From a virus (Duplodnaviria; Caudoviricetes): a stretch of 64,000 bases of DNA. Where the stretch lies: positions 32,001 through 96,000 of IMG/VR virus record IMGVR_UViG_3300043077_000173. One strand, 5' to 3'. The notes beneath the pieces are model-generated. The model did no database searches. It worked only from the letters and a program-made list of their open reading frames with translations, and had not been told where the DNA came from. Below, piece after piece: positions 10,275-20,300 of this stretch (positions within the stretch are counted from its first letter, which is position 1; each line of letters starts with the position of its first letter). Position numbers and translations under genes: made by a program.

Positions 10275-10538
10275 TTACATCATTCCACCCATCATTCCGG
10301 ATTCATCTTCAGGATTAGCTGATGGTCCATATAGAACAGGAATAAATGCACTATCTTGAGCAATTTCTTCACGTTTTTGGTTTCTAATACGTTTTAATCT
10401 ATTCAAATCACCTAATGTTAAAACCTTTTTACGTTTTTCACCATAATGTGGTAAAGATTCATCTTCTTCTCTTTCATAAGGAGATGTTTTATTAATATCT
10501 TCACTTTCATTCAAGATTTTCTTTAATTCTTCAATCAT
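10275..10538 (-). CDS. Small conserved head-region protein
   Basis: Directly after the portal gene; LTLGDLNRLKRIR...LYG; N-terminal ILNE. Confidence 0.6.
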   Translation of the reverse strand: MIEELKKILNESEDINKTSPYEREEDESLPHYGEKRKKVLTLGDLNRLKRIRNQKREEIAQDSAFIPVLYGPSANPEDESGMMGGMM

Positions 10539-10548
10539 TTTTTATCCT

Positions 10549-12342
10549 TTACATTCCTGTAGTCGGAGCAGTGCCCATTCCAGCACCACCCATACCCATA
10601 TCAGCACCACCTGTAGCACCCATTCCAGCACCACCCATGCCCATATCGGTTGAACCCATTCCCATGTCAGTAGAACCCATTCCGCCAACACCCATATCAG
10701 GATTCATTTCATTACCTAAATCATTTAGATAATCGTTTGGAATATCTTCTACGCCAACCGTTCTTAATCCAGGAACTTGATTCAAATCCTCTGTAGATAA
10801 CGGTATATCTTTATCTTTAAACCTATCTTGATTTTCAATCTTTAATAAACGCTGATTTTCATTAAATTCTTCTTCAGTAAGATTTAGATAAAACTTCAAT
10901 GCAAACTGTTTTGAAATATATGGATTAGAAACAGCTGAATTAAATGTTTCCAAACGATTTTTCTTAATTTCTTCATCAGCCATTTCTGTAATATTTGTTG
11001 GCTCAAAAAATGCTAACTCATAAGCATCTTCTTCAATCTCTAATCCACGATATCTAACGTATTTCTTAAATTCTTCATCAAATGTTGTAATCAAGATTGC
11101 CTGTAATCTTTCACAATACTTTAAGAAACGTTGCTCTTGAACAAGTGTTGTCGATAAACTTGTTGGAACGCTTCTTCCAGAATCACCATCAGTTGGACCA
11201 TATGGAACCCAAGATTGTGGTACATGTAATCCTCTAATTAAAAGGTTTTCCCAATATACCATATCATTGATTTCGCCAATATTTCCAGCAGCTGGTAATT
11301 TATCAATCTTTGGTTGAACACCATCTGCATCAACTGGTAGCCAATAGTCCTCATTCATTGGTATAGAATTATATGCTACATCAATTGTGTTAAATACTCC
11401 ATCAGAATCTTTTGAAGGCATCCTTCTTTGAGACATTTCATTCTTACATTGTTCAAGATATTGTCTACGTTTATATCTTGGTACAGAACCTACCGGAATA
11501 CTGAATACCAATTTTTCTGTAGCATTTTTTATACGATATAATAGGATACAATCTTGTAATAACATCTTTTGGATATACACTTTATAGATGTTTTCCAAAA
11601 TGGATATACCAAAAGGATATACCAAAATATCATCAACGTTTGTTGAAAGATGTACAACATATTTAGATTCAACAGGTAATGTTGTTTGATCATTTAATGA
11701 ATTATTTGCTTGCTGTGATTGTTGTACAGGATTTACATTAGTCGTTGTTCCACCAACGATATTTAAAAAGTTTCTTGTTTGAACGTCTGAATTAGCCGTT
11801 GATGCAATCTTTGCTGGAACGTTTAGTTCAACGTTTTTAATTACATAATGTGTTGGATTATGTAATTCATCAGCAATAATTCCTGTTACATCATATACAT
11901 TAACTCTATGTAATTCAAGAGTTTCAGGATCTCTAATAAAATATGTATCACCATATTTTAAAGTATCTCTTACAGTATCATATATACGTTTTTTCCACTC
12001 TTGTTTTTTTACCCATTCTTTTAACACCAATTCTAAACTATCAGTATGAGAATCTGGTAGTTCCATACCGTCTGTATATTTTATTTGAAATGGTGAATCT
12101 TTACCAGTCTGTGTGATATAATCTGTCAGCATATCCAATGACCAAGATATAACTGGATCTTGTTCCATCCCATCGTATACATTATATCTTTCCATACGGT
12201 TTTGAGGACCTTGATATACTATTGGTAAAAGATTTTTATATTTGTCATATAAACTAGGTGTACCAGAATAATTTGACTTATTACCTATACCCATCTTTGC
12301 TTTTGATAAATCAACATTTTTTAAAAACTTCTTATATGACAT
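10549..12342 (-). CDS. Portal protein (gp20-like)
   Basis: RMERYNVYDGMEQDP, YRIKNATEKLVF, NEDYWLP, LHVPQSW; Gly/Met-rich C-terminal tail. Confidence 0.9.
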   Translation of the reverse strand: MSYKKFLKNVDLSKAKMGIGNKSNYSGTPSLYDKYKNLLPIVYQGPQNRMERYNVYDGMEQDPVISWSLDMLTDYITQTGKDSPFQIKYTDGMELPDSHTDSLELVLKEWVKKQEWKKRIYDTVRDTLKYGDTYFIRDPETLELHRVNVYDVTGIIADELHNPTHYVIKNVELNVPAKIASTANSDVQTRNFLNIVGGTTTNVNPVQQSQQANNSLNDQTTLPVESKYVVHLSTNVDDILVYPFGISILENIYKVYIQKMLLQDCILLYRIKNATEKLVFSIPVGSVPRYKRRQYLEQCKNEMSQRRMPSKDSDGVFNTIDVAYNSIPMNEDYWLPVDADGVQPKIDKLPAAGNIGEINDMVYWENLLIRGLHVPQSWVPYGPTDGDSGRSVPTSLSTTLVQEQRFLKYCERLQAILITTFDEEFKKYVRYRGLEIEEDAYELAFFEPTNITEMADEEIKKNRLETFNSAVSNPYISKQFALKFYLNLTEEEFNENQRLLKIENQDRFKDKDIPLSTEDLNQVPGLRTVGVEDIPNDYLNDLGNEMNPDMGVGGMGSTDMGMGSTDMGMGGAGMGATGGADMGMGGAGMGTAPTTGM

Positions 12343-12411
12343 TGATATTGCACCTTAAAACTTTTACATATCACTATTTATAGCATATTTTTACTCAAAT
12401 AATCAATTTTA

Positions 12412-14811
12412 TTATTGATTCGTTCTAATGCCGTTTAAGCTCACACCATTATTCAATGATGGTAATAATTTAAAATAGTCAATAAGATTAGACGTTAAGC
12501 TCGTTAATTTTTGAACCCCTTGATTAATTGACGCCAAATAATCAACATCACCAGCTACAGACCAATCATAATTGTTCCCATTGTTTTTGAAAAGTTCTGT
12601 AGCAATTGAATCCCCATTGGACGATGGCGTATCATCACCAAATGTATCTGGATTAACAATTGCTTCTGGTTGAACTAATGGTTTCACCGTCGGTGTAACA
12701 GCTTTCAATCCAATTTTTGGTTCTTTAGTGGTCCATTTATCTACTAATGCATTACCGGCGTTTGCAATTGTTGCACCAAGTATTGGATGCCCAGTTGCTG
12801 CTACAACACCTCCAACGGCGGTAGCTAATCCTTTGCCTGCAGCTCTTGCAACACTTTTTACGCTTGTGTCTACAACGGCATCTGCGACAGCTGCTCCAAC
12901 ATCTTCTGCGGCAAAATATAATCCAGCAAGACCAGCACCGTACCCTCCGAGTTTCAAAATAGAACCCAACGCCCCAGGAAGAAGTCCTATTGATGTAATT
13001 ATTTTACCAATTGCATTCGTTCCAAGCCATTTAAAGGCACTAACCATCCATTTACCAATTGTTGTTAGACCAGATAACCCTTTACCAAGTCCAGTAAATC
13101 CTAGCTTCACTATATTTTTTAACCCAGATAACCCTTTACCAAGCCCAGTAAATCCTAACTTCACTACATTTTTTAACCCAGAGAACGCTTTAGAAAATAA
13201 ACCCGTTCCAGTAACGCTTTCTCCAAAGAATTTTTTTACCAGCACATCTCCAATAACCATTCCAAGTGTCGTTGCTAATATATTACCTGCTGTTGAAATT
13301 ACTGCTCCAACTACACCTCTTGTTTCAGGGGCTAATGATCTCATAGCTTCTGCTGCTTTGCCAGTCGCTTCAGCGACTTCGTCCATAGCTTTTGACGCTA
13401 AGTTTACTTCTGTTCTAATTCTATTATATCCACCAAGAGCTTCAAATATATTATTCATGGTTATGTTCTGCTTTTCGAACATATTTTGAAGGCTTGTTAA
13501 AAATTCGGTATCTTTCTTTCTATTTTCGTCCTCTTCCGGTGTTTGTTCCTCTTCTTTTGCTTTAGCTTGTCCAAGCAAATAGGCTTGTCTGTTTGCATAT
13601 GAACCATGTGAAAAATATAGTTCTGATGTTTCTGCACCTGCTGCTGCAGAAAATATACCATGATTGCTAAGATCTCTTTGTGCTTTTTTACTATCTCTTT
13701 CATAGGCTGGTGCTAATTGTTTTGCAAGAGCTGTTACTGATTCTTGTGTCAGCGTTCCGTCACGCATTTGTTCCATAATTGCACGATCTAATTTGGAGCC
13801 AAATTCACTACCAGCTTGATTCATTAATATCTTTGAATTAATGCGAGTTCCACCTGAAGCAAAATAGTCAAGATAATCATCAGATCCTCTACCAGCTGCA
13901 TATAATGCTTTATACATCTCTGGATTTGCTTCTTTCCAGACTTTAACACGTAATGCTTTGTCTTTAGCGTCTTGTTCTTCTTTAAGCTGAGAAACTGTTT
14001 TACCAGTTGCTAAACTCAAAGCTTTCATCGATTTTGCTTGTTTATCAACTTCTCTTGTTAACTCTTCTTCGCTCATCGTTAAAAGCTTTATAGGCGATAC
14101 GCTATCAACATATGTTTCAAAAGCTGCTTGAGCATCATCTTGTGACATTTGGTATTTTTGAGTAAGTCCAGCAGTAGCTTTTTCATATGCTTTAACACCA
14201 TTACCATATGTATTGTTTAGTTTAGCAATGGTTGGAGCCATTTTTTGTAAACGTTTTGCCAAATCTTCATGTGTCATACCAAGAGTGCTTGCACTTTGTA
14301 CTAAACTGTCAAAACCATCTCTTACAAGTACACCACTATGTTCAAGATCTGCATATATGTTTGCATTTTTGAGGGTGCCCTTCATTTCGTTTACGGCACC
14401 GTCCCACGCTTTTGTCGCTAAAACAATAAATTTTTTAAATTTACTATCTGAAACACTATCAAATTTACCTAATGCTTTTGATATAACATCAGCATTGTTT
14501 TTCGCTGTTTGTTGTTGCCTTCTTCTTTCTTCTTTTTCTCTGCGTGTGGCCTCTTTAGCATCACGTTTGTTATCATTTTCTATAGTCTGTTTCGCTATAT
14601 CATTAGCATTTTTGTTTTGTTTACCAAGTTCTTCTATGATTTTTGTAACTGATTTTGTATTCTTTCTGTCTAATAATGCTCCCAAGGCCTCTAATAATGG
14701 AATTAAGCCGTTAACACTACTAAATCCAACAGATATAGCACCACGCTGTTCAATGTATGGAATTAAATTTTCCATACCAGTAAGTAAATCTGATGTATCT
14801 ATATCTGCCAT
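12412..14811 (-). CDS. Probable tail tape measure protein
   Basis: Ala/Gly-rich amphipathic helices with 18-aa repeats, downstream of a frameshifted chaperone pair. Confidence 0.65.
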   Translation of the reverse strand: MADIDTSDLLTGMENLIPYIEQRGAISVGFSSVNGLIPLLEALGALLDRKNTKSVTKIIEELGKQNKNANDIAKQTIENDNKRDAKEATRREKEERRRQQQTAKNNADVISKALGKFDSVSDSKFKKFIVLATKAWDGAVNEMKGTLKNANIYADLEHSGVLVRDGFDSLVQSASTLGMTHEDLAKRLQKMAPTIAKLNNTYGNGVKAYEKATAGLTQKYQMSQDDAQAAFETYVDSVSPIKLLTMSEEELTREVDKQAKSMKALSLATGKTVSQLKEEQDAKDKALRVKVWKEANPEMYKALYAAGRGSDDYLDYFASGGTRINSKILMNQAGSEFGSKLDRAIMEQMRDGTLTQESVTALAKQLAPAYERDSKKAQRDLSNHGIFSAAAGAETSELYFSHGSYANRQAYLLGQAKAKEEEQTPEEDENRKKDTEFLTSLQNMFEKQNITMNNIFEALGGYNRIRTEVNLASKAMDEVAEATGKAAEAMRSLAPETRGVVGAVISTAGNILATTLGMVIGDVLVKKFFGESVTGTGLFSKAFSGLKNVVKLGFTGLGKGLSGLKNIVKLGFTGLGKGLSGLTTIGKWMVSAFKWLGTNAIGKIITSIGLLPGALGSILKLGGYGAGLAGLYFAAEDVGAAVADAVVDTSVKSVARAAGKGLATAVGGVVAATGHPILGATIANAGNALVDKWTTKEPKIGLKAVTPTVKPLVQPEAIVNPDTFGDDTPSSNGDSIATELFKNNGNNYDWSVAGDVDYLASINQGVQKLTSLTSNLIDYFKLLPSLNNGVSLNGIRTNQ
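13070..13182. repeat. 54-bp tandem repeat (2 copies plus a partial) in the tape measure gene
   Basis: ccagataaccctttaccaag... at 13070 and 13124, partial at 13178; encodes GLKN(V/I)VKLGFTGLGKGLS. Confidence 0.9.
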
Positions 14812-14827
14812 AAAACTTTAACCTTCT

Positions 14828-16138
14828 TTATGTTCTATTGTGTTGCTTAATTACGTCCCACATTCCTTTCACTTTTGGTGCAAGTTGTCTAAGTGTAGTA
14901 AATGTTGGCTCAATATTTAAAATTAAATCAATTATTGGATAATCACCACGACGTGAAAATGAAACTGCAGAACCTTGTGCTCCTAATATTTTAAATTCAA
15001 CATCATTAGTTACACTATAATACTCAGAAATTCTCGGATCTGTACGTACAATACCTGTTATCTTTGAATACTCTTTTTCATTCATTACATCCATCTTATA
15101 CCAGATGCTTAAAATATATGTTCTACATAATCTAGTCAATTTAACGAATTCATCTTTATTAACATCTTTTGGTATATCCTTCTCAGATGTTTTTTTATTT
15201 CGATAATATAAATAGGTGTTAATCATCTTAATAATTGGGGCTAATTTACCAGGTATTACTCTAAATTTCAATGTTTGTCTATATCTACTGATAATATTTC
15301 CTATCCTTTCATCGTCTATATTAAATGTCATAGGTGCAATTCTAAAACCATCAAGCATTAAACCTGCATATGATTTAAAAAGTTGGGTTTTATTAACTTT
15401 TTGTTTTAATTTTCCATCAATGATATCTTGATTGTGTTGCATAGTTTTATTTCGTAAAGTTTCTTCTTGGCTGTCGTTTGAACCATCAGTTTTCTGTTCA
15501 TCATTTGTTGAATCTTTTCTATCAATCGTTTGAATATCATTTTTTGGGTTTGTTAAAGCAACATTGCCATATATTCCTAATGCTCTTTGTACAGATTTTG
15601 AACATAATTCAACTAAACGTTTTGATAATTTTATAGATTTAGCTATATCAGTCATCAATTCTTTATCTTCTAAGCATTCTTTAATTGATGAATAACGTTC
15701 ACCTCTACCATCATCTGAATCGTCTAATCGATCCGTATTTTTTATCTTTTTATTATTGTTTTTAGCTTTTTGACCATCTTCAGAAGATTTTATTGGCTCA
15801 GCTGACTGAATCGTTTCTATTTTCTCAGCTGCTTGTTGTGAAGTTGGATTTATCATTCCTAATGGATCAGATAATCCAAGCTCTTTAGCAACAAATATTA
15901 ATACATCTTCATCCGATTTATTCCTTAATTGATCATAATTGCTGTCAAGTATATTCGACACACGATCCCAGTCGGGTACCGCTGTTTTTGTATATATATC
16001 TTTAAGGAGTGAAATAGTCTCAGAAGGATTCAGATACAAGTCTCTTTCAACCAATATTTCAGGATTATTAGCTTTAATAGATTCGTATAAAGCTTCTGTT
16101 ATAATAAATTCACCATTGTCTGTATATACTTTAATCAT
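14828..16138 (-). CDS. Hypothetical late (virion?) protein
   Basis: 436-aa ORF with TAAATA (16164-16169) and TTAAGG RBS. Confidence 0.65.
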   Translation of the reverse strand: MIKVYTDNGEFIITEALYESIKANNPEILVERDLYLNPSETISLLKDIYTKTAVPDWDRVSNILDSNYDQLRNKSDEDVLIFVAKELGLSDPLGMINPTSQQAAEKIETIQSAEPIKSSEDGQKAKNNNKKIKNTDRLDDSDDGRGERYSSIKECLEDKELMTDIAKSIKLSKRLVELCSKSVQRALGIYGNVALTNPKNDIQTIDRKDSTNDEQKTDGSNDSQEETLRNKTMQHNQDIIDGKLKQKVNKTQLFKSYAGLMLDGFRIAPMTFNIDDERIGNIISRYRQTLKFRVIPGKLAPIIKMINTYLYYRNKKTSEKDIPKDVNKDEFVKLTRLCRTYILSIWYKMDVMNEKEYSKITGIVRTDPRISEYYSVTNDVEFKILGAQGSAVSFSRRGDYPIIDLILNIEPTFTTLRQLAPKVKGMWDVIKQHNRT

Positions 16139-16195
16139 TATGTCACCTTAAATAATCTATGAGTATTTATGAGTAAATGGTTTATCAATTATTCA

Positions 16196-16420
16196 TCAAG
16201 CTTTCATTGATTCATTCTTTTCTTCAATAAATTTATTATAAAGCTTTTTAAAAGATTCACGAACATTATATGGCAGACTATAAACCTCTGTTAAAGAGAC
16301 TTTTCCATCAGTCTTTATGCTCAAATCTATTAAAGACTCTTCAAATGTTTTGGCTCTTTTATATAAGCTTTGAATATATTTGCTTATATCTTCATCAGAA
16401 GATTTTAAGAGCCTACTCCG
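16196..16420 (-). CDS. gp51-like segment in the -1 frame (not in the ORF track), probably expressed by frameshifting from the upstream gene
   Basis: Open frame RSRLLKSSDEDISKY...GKVSLTEVYSLPYNVRESFKKLYNKFIEEKNE with no start codon or RBS of its own; begins at slippery T TTT TTC. Confidence 0.7.
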   Translation of the reverse strand, partial: RSRLLKSSDEDISKYIQSLYKRAKTFEESLIDLSIKTDGKVSLTEVYSLPYNVRESFKKLYNKFIEEKNESMKA

Positions 16421-17337
16421 AAAAAATCTGATTGGTTAAAACCACTTATTGCAATATCAAATTCGTGTCCACAGGCTTCACAAGTACATTTTACGGTAGC
16501 TGGTAAACCAATATCATTTATTTTACGAATTGTTTTATCAATTTCAGATACATACGTTGATTGAATATTCGATATAAATTCTAATATATGTTCTTTATTA
16601 TTAATCGTTGTTTCATCAGGCATTTTAATGTAGCTTATGCTATCTGTAATGATATTATTACCAATTTCATTCATTTTTAAATAGCACGAATTCATTGAAT
16701 CAACAGCGTTCTTTCTTTCTTCGTCAGTTGTTGTATCGTCATAGTTGAAATCTTTTAGCATATTAATCAATTTCTGCTGATTAAAAATGAGATTAGAATA
16801 TCTTTCTTTTGTGATCAAATATGTTGGATGAACATATACCGTTAAACCATTGTTCAGTTCAACCTTATATTCACTATCAAGATAAGTTGTTTGATCCATA
16901 ATAGAAGAAATGCTATAAGAGGCTTCTTGCTTTCGTGGCATTAGTTTACCTTTTTTTTCTTCAGCTGCAATCTTTTCTTCATCTCTCAATTCCATCAACC
17001 TGTTCTCACACTGTGGGCACATTACCTCAAGAGTAAGTTCATCACCATATGTCGCTTTTTGAATCGCTAAAAATAAAACATTAGCATCTGGATATAGCAA
17101 TTTAGACGGATCTTTAATTCCTGGAACACACGATTTAATCATCTGAATATTCGCTTGTCCTGATAATAGTGCATCAGGATTCATTAGTAAAAGCTCATCT
17201 TTTGGAAGCATTGGGTATACTTCTACTTCACCGTTCGGGGTATATTCAATATCACCTTCTTCATACCAGTTCCCATTAGATGGTAGACGAACACTTAATT
17301 CTGCTTTTCTCGCAAATTCCATTAAAGGATTAGCCAT
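16405..17337 (-). CDS. Baseplate hub / tail assembly chaperone (gp26-like)
   Basis: LPSNG, VYPMLPKDELLLMNPDALLSG, two CxxC pairs, C-terminal DFF. Confidence 0.8.
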   Translation of the reverse strand: MANPLMEFARKAELSVRLPSNGNWYEEGDIEYTPNGEVEVYPMLPKDELLLMNPDALLSGQANIQMIKSCVPGIKDPSKLLYPDANVLFLAIQKATYGDELTLEVMCPQCENRLMELRDEEKIAAEEKKGKLMPRKQEASYSISSIMDQTTYLDSEYKVELNNGLTVYVHPTYLITKERYSNLIFNQQKLINMLKDFNYDDTTTDEERKNAVDSMNSCYLKMNEIGNNIITDSISYIKMPDETTINNKEHILEFISNIQSTYVSEIDKTIRKINDIGLPATVKCTCEACGHEFDIAISGFNQSDFFGVGS

Positions 17338-17375
17338 ATTATCTCCTTACAATTCTCTATTTTTCGAGTATTTTA

Positions 17376-20300
17376 CTATACGTTTTCAAAATATTCAATA
17401 ATTTTTTCGATAACAATTCTCGCTTCTTGTTCAATATATTCGTATTTTGTCATACCGTCTATGAAAATACTTTTATCAGCAATCATTTCTTCATCGTCTA
17501 TATATGAATACATCCTATCATTGAGTTTAATAGCACCATCTTCCAAACCAACTTCGCTAAAAATTGGAACGCCAGCTTCTGTACCCATATATTGATGTAA
17601 GCTCCATTTGCCATAATTGTCATAGTATTTAATATAAGAATCTAATACCATATCATGTGTAAGAACATACTCTTTCATCTCCGCTTCAGAGTCAAACGTA
17701 TATTCCGGCTGGATCAATTTAGTTTCATCATCTTTGTAAAGGTCTGAATACGTCCAATAATTTTGTACGTTGTATGTCTGATACTGTTTAAGCTCAAAAT
17801 TACCAAATGATGTAATCGTCCACAGCGTCCAAATATTATCATATTCTTCATCAGATTCTACTAAAACAGTTTTTCCAACCAATTCATTATCCCTTGATTG
17901 AGCCATATCTCTATGAGTAGCAAAAGCATAGTCATATTCAGGTATTTCTTCGCTGTCTAAGAAGGTCGCTTCAAATTCATTAGTACCAACGTCAATAGAA
18001 GTTGTGATATCCCTTGTAGAGAAAATATTATTACAAATATCAACAAAGTTTCTTCTAGCTAATGCCAAATCTTTGAACATGGTTTGGCGTGGTCTTATTT
18101 GTAAGCCTAATTGATTCCTCTCGTCTATTGTTGGATCTGGAACGGCTTGTCCTAATGAGTCAACACCGAGCAAGCTATCCTGCATTTTGCTCCACAAGAC
18201 GTCTGGAATTTCATCGTCATCACCTTCTCTGACCAATAGCCATTCAGTATGGTTGTTAAGATCTTGCTGTTTCTTAAAGTTTAGCTGAATAACAAAATCA
18301 CTACCAGTCGTTACTTGATCAAAATTGCATAGAATGAACGTATTCACTTTATCAACGTTGTCTGAAATATCAATTGGAGCAAACCATGTAACACCCAATG
18401 ATGTTGGATCATTGATAATTGAAGAAATCTCAAAAGCGGCTGTTGATCTAAAGTCTACATCAGGAATTTCTGTCGGATTCTTTGTCCAATAATAGTAATA
18501 GTCTTCATATGAAGCTGTACTTGAATTCCAAACCTCTTTATGAACATACTTGGTTACATCTGACGGCAACGTTGGAGATTTTACCCATTCCATGATAGCA
18601 ATTTCAGATCCAGGAAGTTGTTTACCCCAGTTATCTCGTTTGTAGTTGATATCCCCTTGATGATAATCCAAATATCTTACTTTTGATGTATCCCACCATA
18701 GATAACCAATCCTCGAATCACCCCATTTGTAATAATCATTATAATCATCTACAGGATCATATGAAGTAATATAGTTGACCTCGTCTAATACATCGTTTGG
18801 AACAACGTTTAATAAAGGATCATATGGATATATTTCGGTCAATGATTCATTTGTATCATCATTTACGATAAAACTATGAGCTAAAGTTTTTGCATCAATG
18901 ATTGCGGTCTGGACTCTATATAAATCGTATACACCATCATTGTATTGCAATATACACCAAGCATTTTTATCAACGATTGACTGTGAATCGTCGGCTAAAT
19001 GCTTTGAATCAGATATTTCAGATAAATGATTTAATAAAACGTCTTTAACAACAACGATTATATCACCATTCGATAAAACGTCTTTGTCAAAACTTTCCAA
19101 TGATTTAAAATCGTCTACTTTCAACGATATATAATCATCTTCACCAAGTTTTTTGTAAACGTTCCAGTCATATTCGTTAGATCGTACTACCCAAATCGTT
19201 TCACCAACAGCCATATAATCCTTATACTCTTCAAAAGAATCTACATCAGCAACTGTATAGTCTACATCGTTTACCTGCAAAAATCCACCTAAAGGATTCA
19301 TAACAGTTCCGCCAGTTTCAAACTTATTGAAATCCTTTCCTTCAATTTTTCTTAACCAACGATTATTAGACCAGTCTATATCAATGATTGATTCATTAGT
19401 ATTTGTTGAAACGCCTGTATTAAACGATATGATTTGAGGATTTTGAGTAACCTTATTAGCTGGAATATTCAACTCAATCATTGAGCTATTTTTTGTATAG
19501 CCAAAATCAGCTATTTTAAAAGCCCAGTTATCATACAAATCAATTTTTGAATCGTTTGAACTCATAACGTATGATGAACGGTTTAACTTACCGAATGAAC
19601 GTTTTGTTCCTTTCTCTTTTAATAACCCTTTATAGAAATCAAAGAGGTTTCTATCGGTTAATAGCAAGTTTTCCATTGTTGTGGTTTTCTGATAGCCAAT
19701 AGTCTTTTTAGCCATTTCACGAAAATCACCATATGAATGAATGTCATCCGTATCATAGATGTAGTTGAAATCATCAGCTAGCTTATCAAAGTTTGCTACA
19801 GCTCCATCTTTTTGTACCAAATATCCTGGAGCTAATAATGTTCCATCCCAACCATTTGCTCCAATAGCATTTATCTTAAAGCGTTGTGTCTTAATGCATA
19901 GTAATGGATCGTATAAAACTTCTCCATAAATGGTTTCATTATCAAATAGTATACAATGCTCATATTCAATAGTGTTTACTCTTAAAGCAGCCATAATAGA
20001 CGTTTTTGTTGAAATATCCGTATAGCCACTATGTCTATAAACCTGTAAATCATTGTTATAAATCGGTTTACCAGCTGTTCCTAATACTGTCCAAACACCA
20101 TTCAACTGTTTTCCAACAATATCAAGCATTCCAGAATGTTTTATTCTTACTTCAGAGGCAAATGGGTTCAATATAATGATAGAATCAACTGAAGGCGAAA
20201 CACTTGTCCACTTCAAAAAGTCTTCTGCTTTCATTCTAAAGTCAATAACTACACCATCATTGTTCATCGTGATGTAATCCCAACCTTCATCCTCAAGATA

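Noticed and set aside
13070-13182. Repeats as a possible CRISPR array (also 10560-10700 and 26528-27089)
   Set aside because: All are in-frame coding repeats without unique spacers of regular length; no cas genes.
9236-14821. Long plus-strand ORFs (9593-10003, 12728-13489, 14213-14821 and similar)
   Set aside because: Antisense shadows of real genes with biased codon use; no RBS or recognisable motifs.
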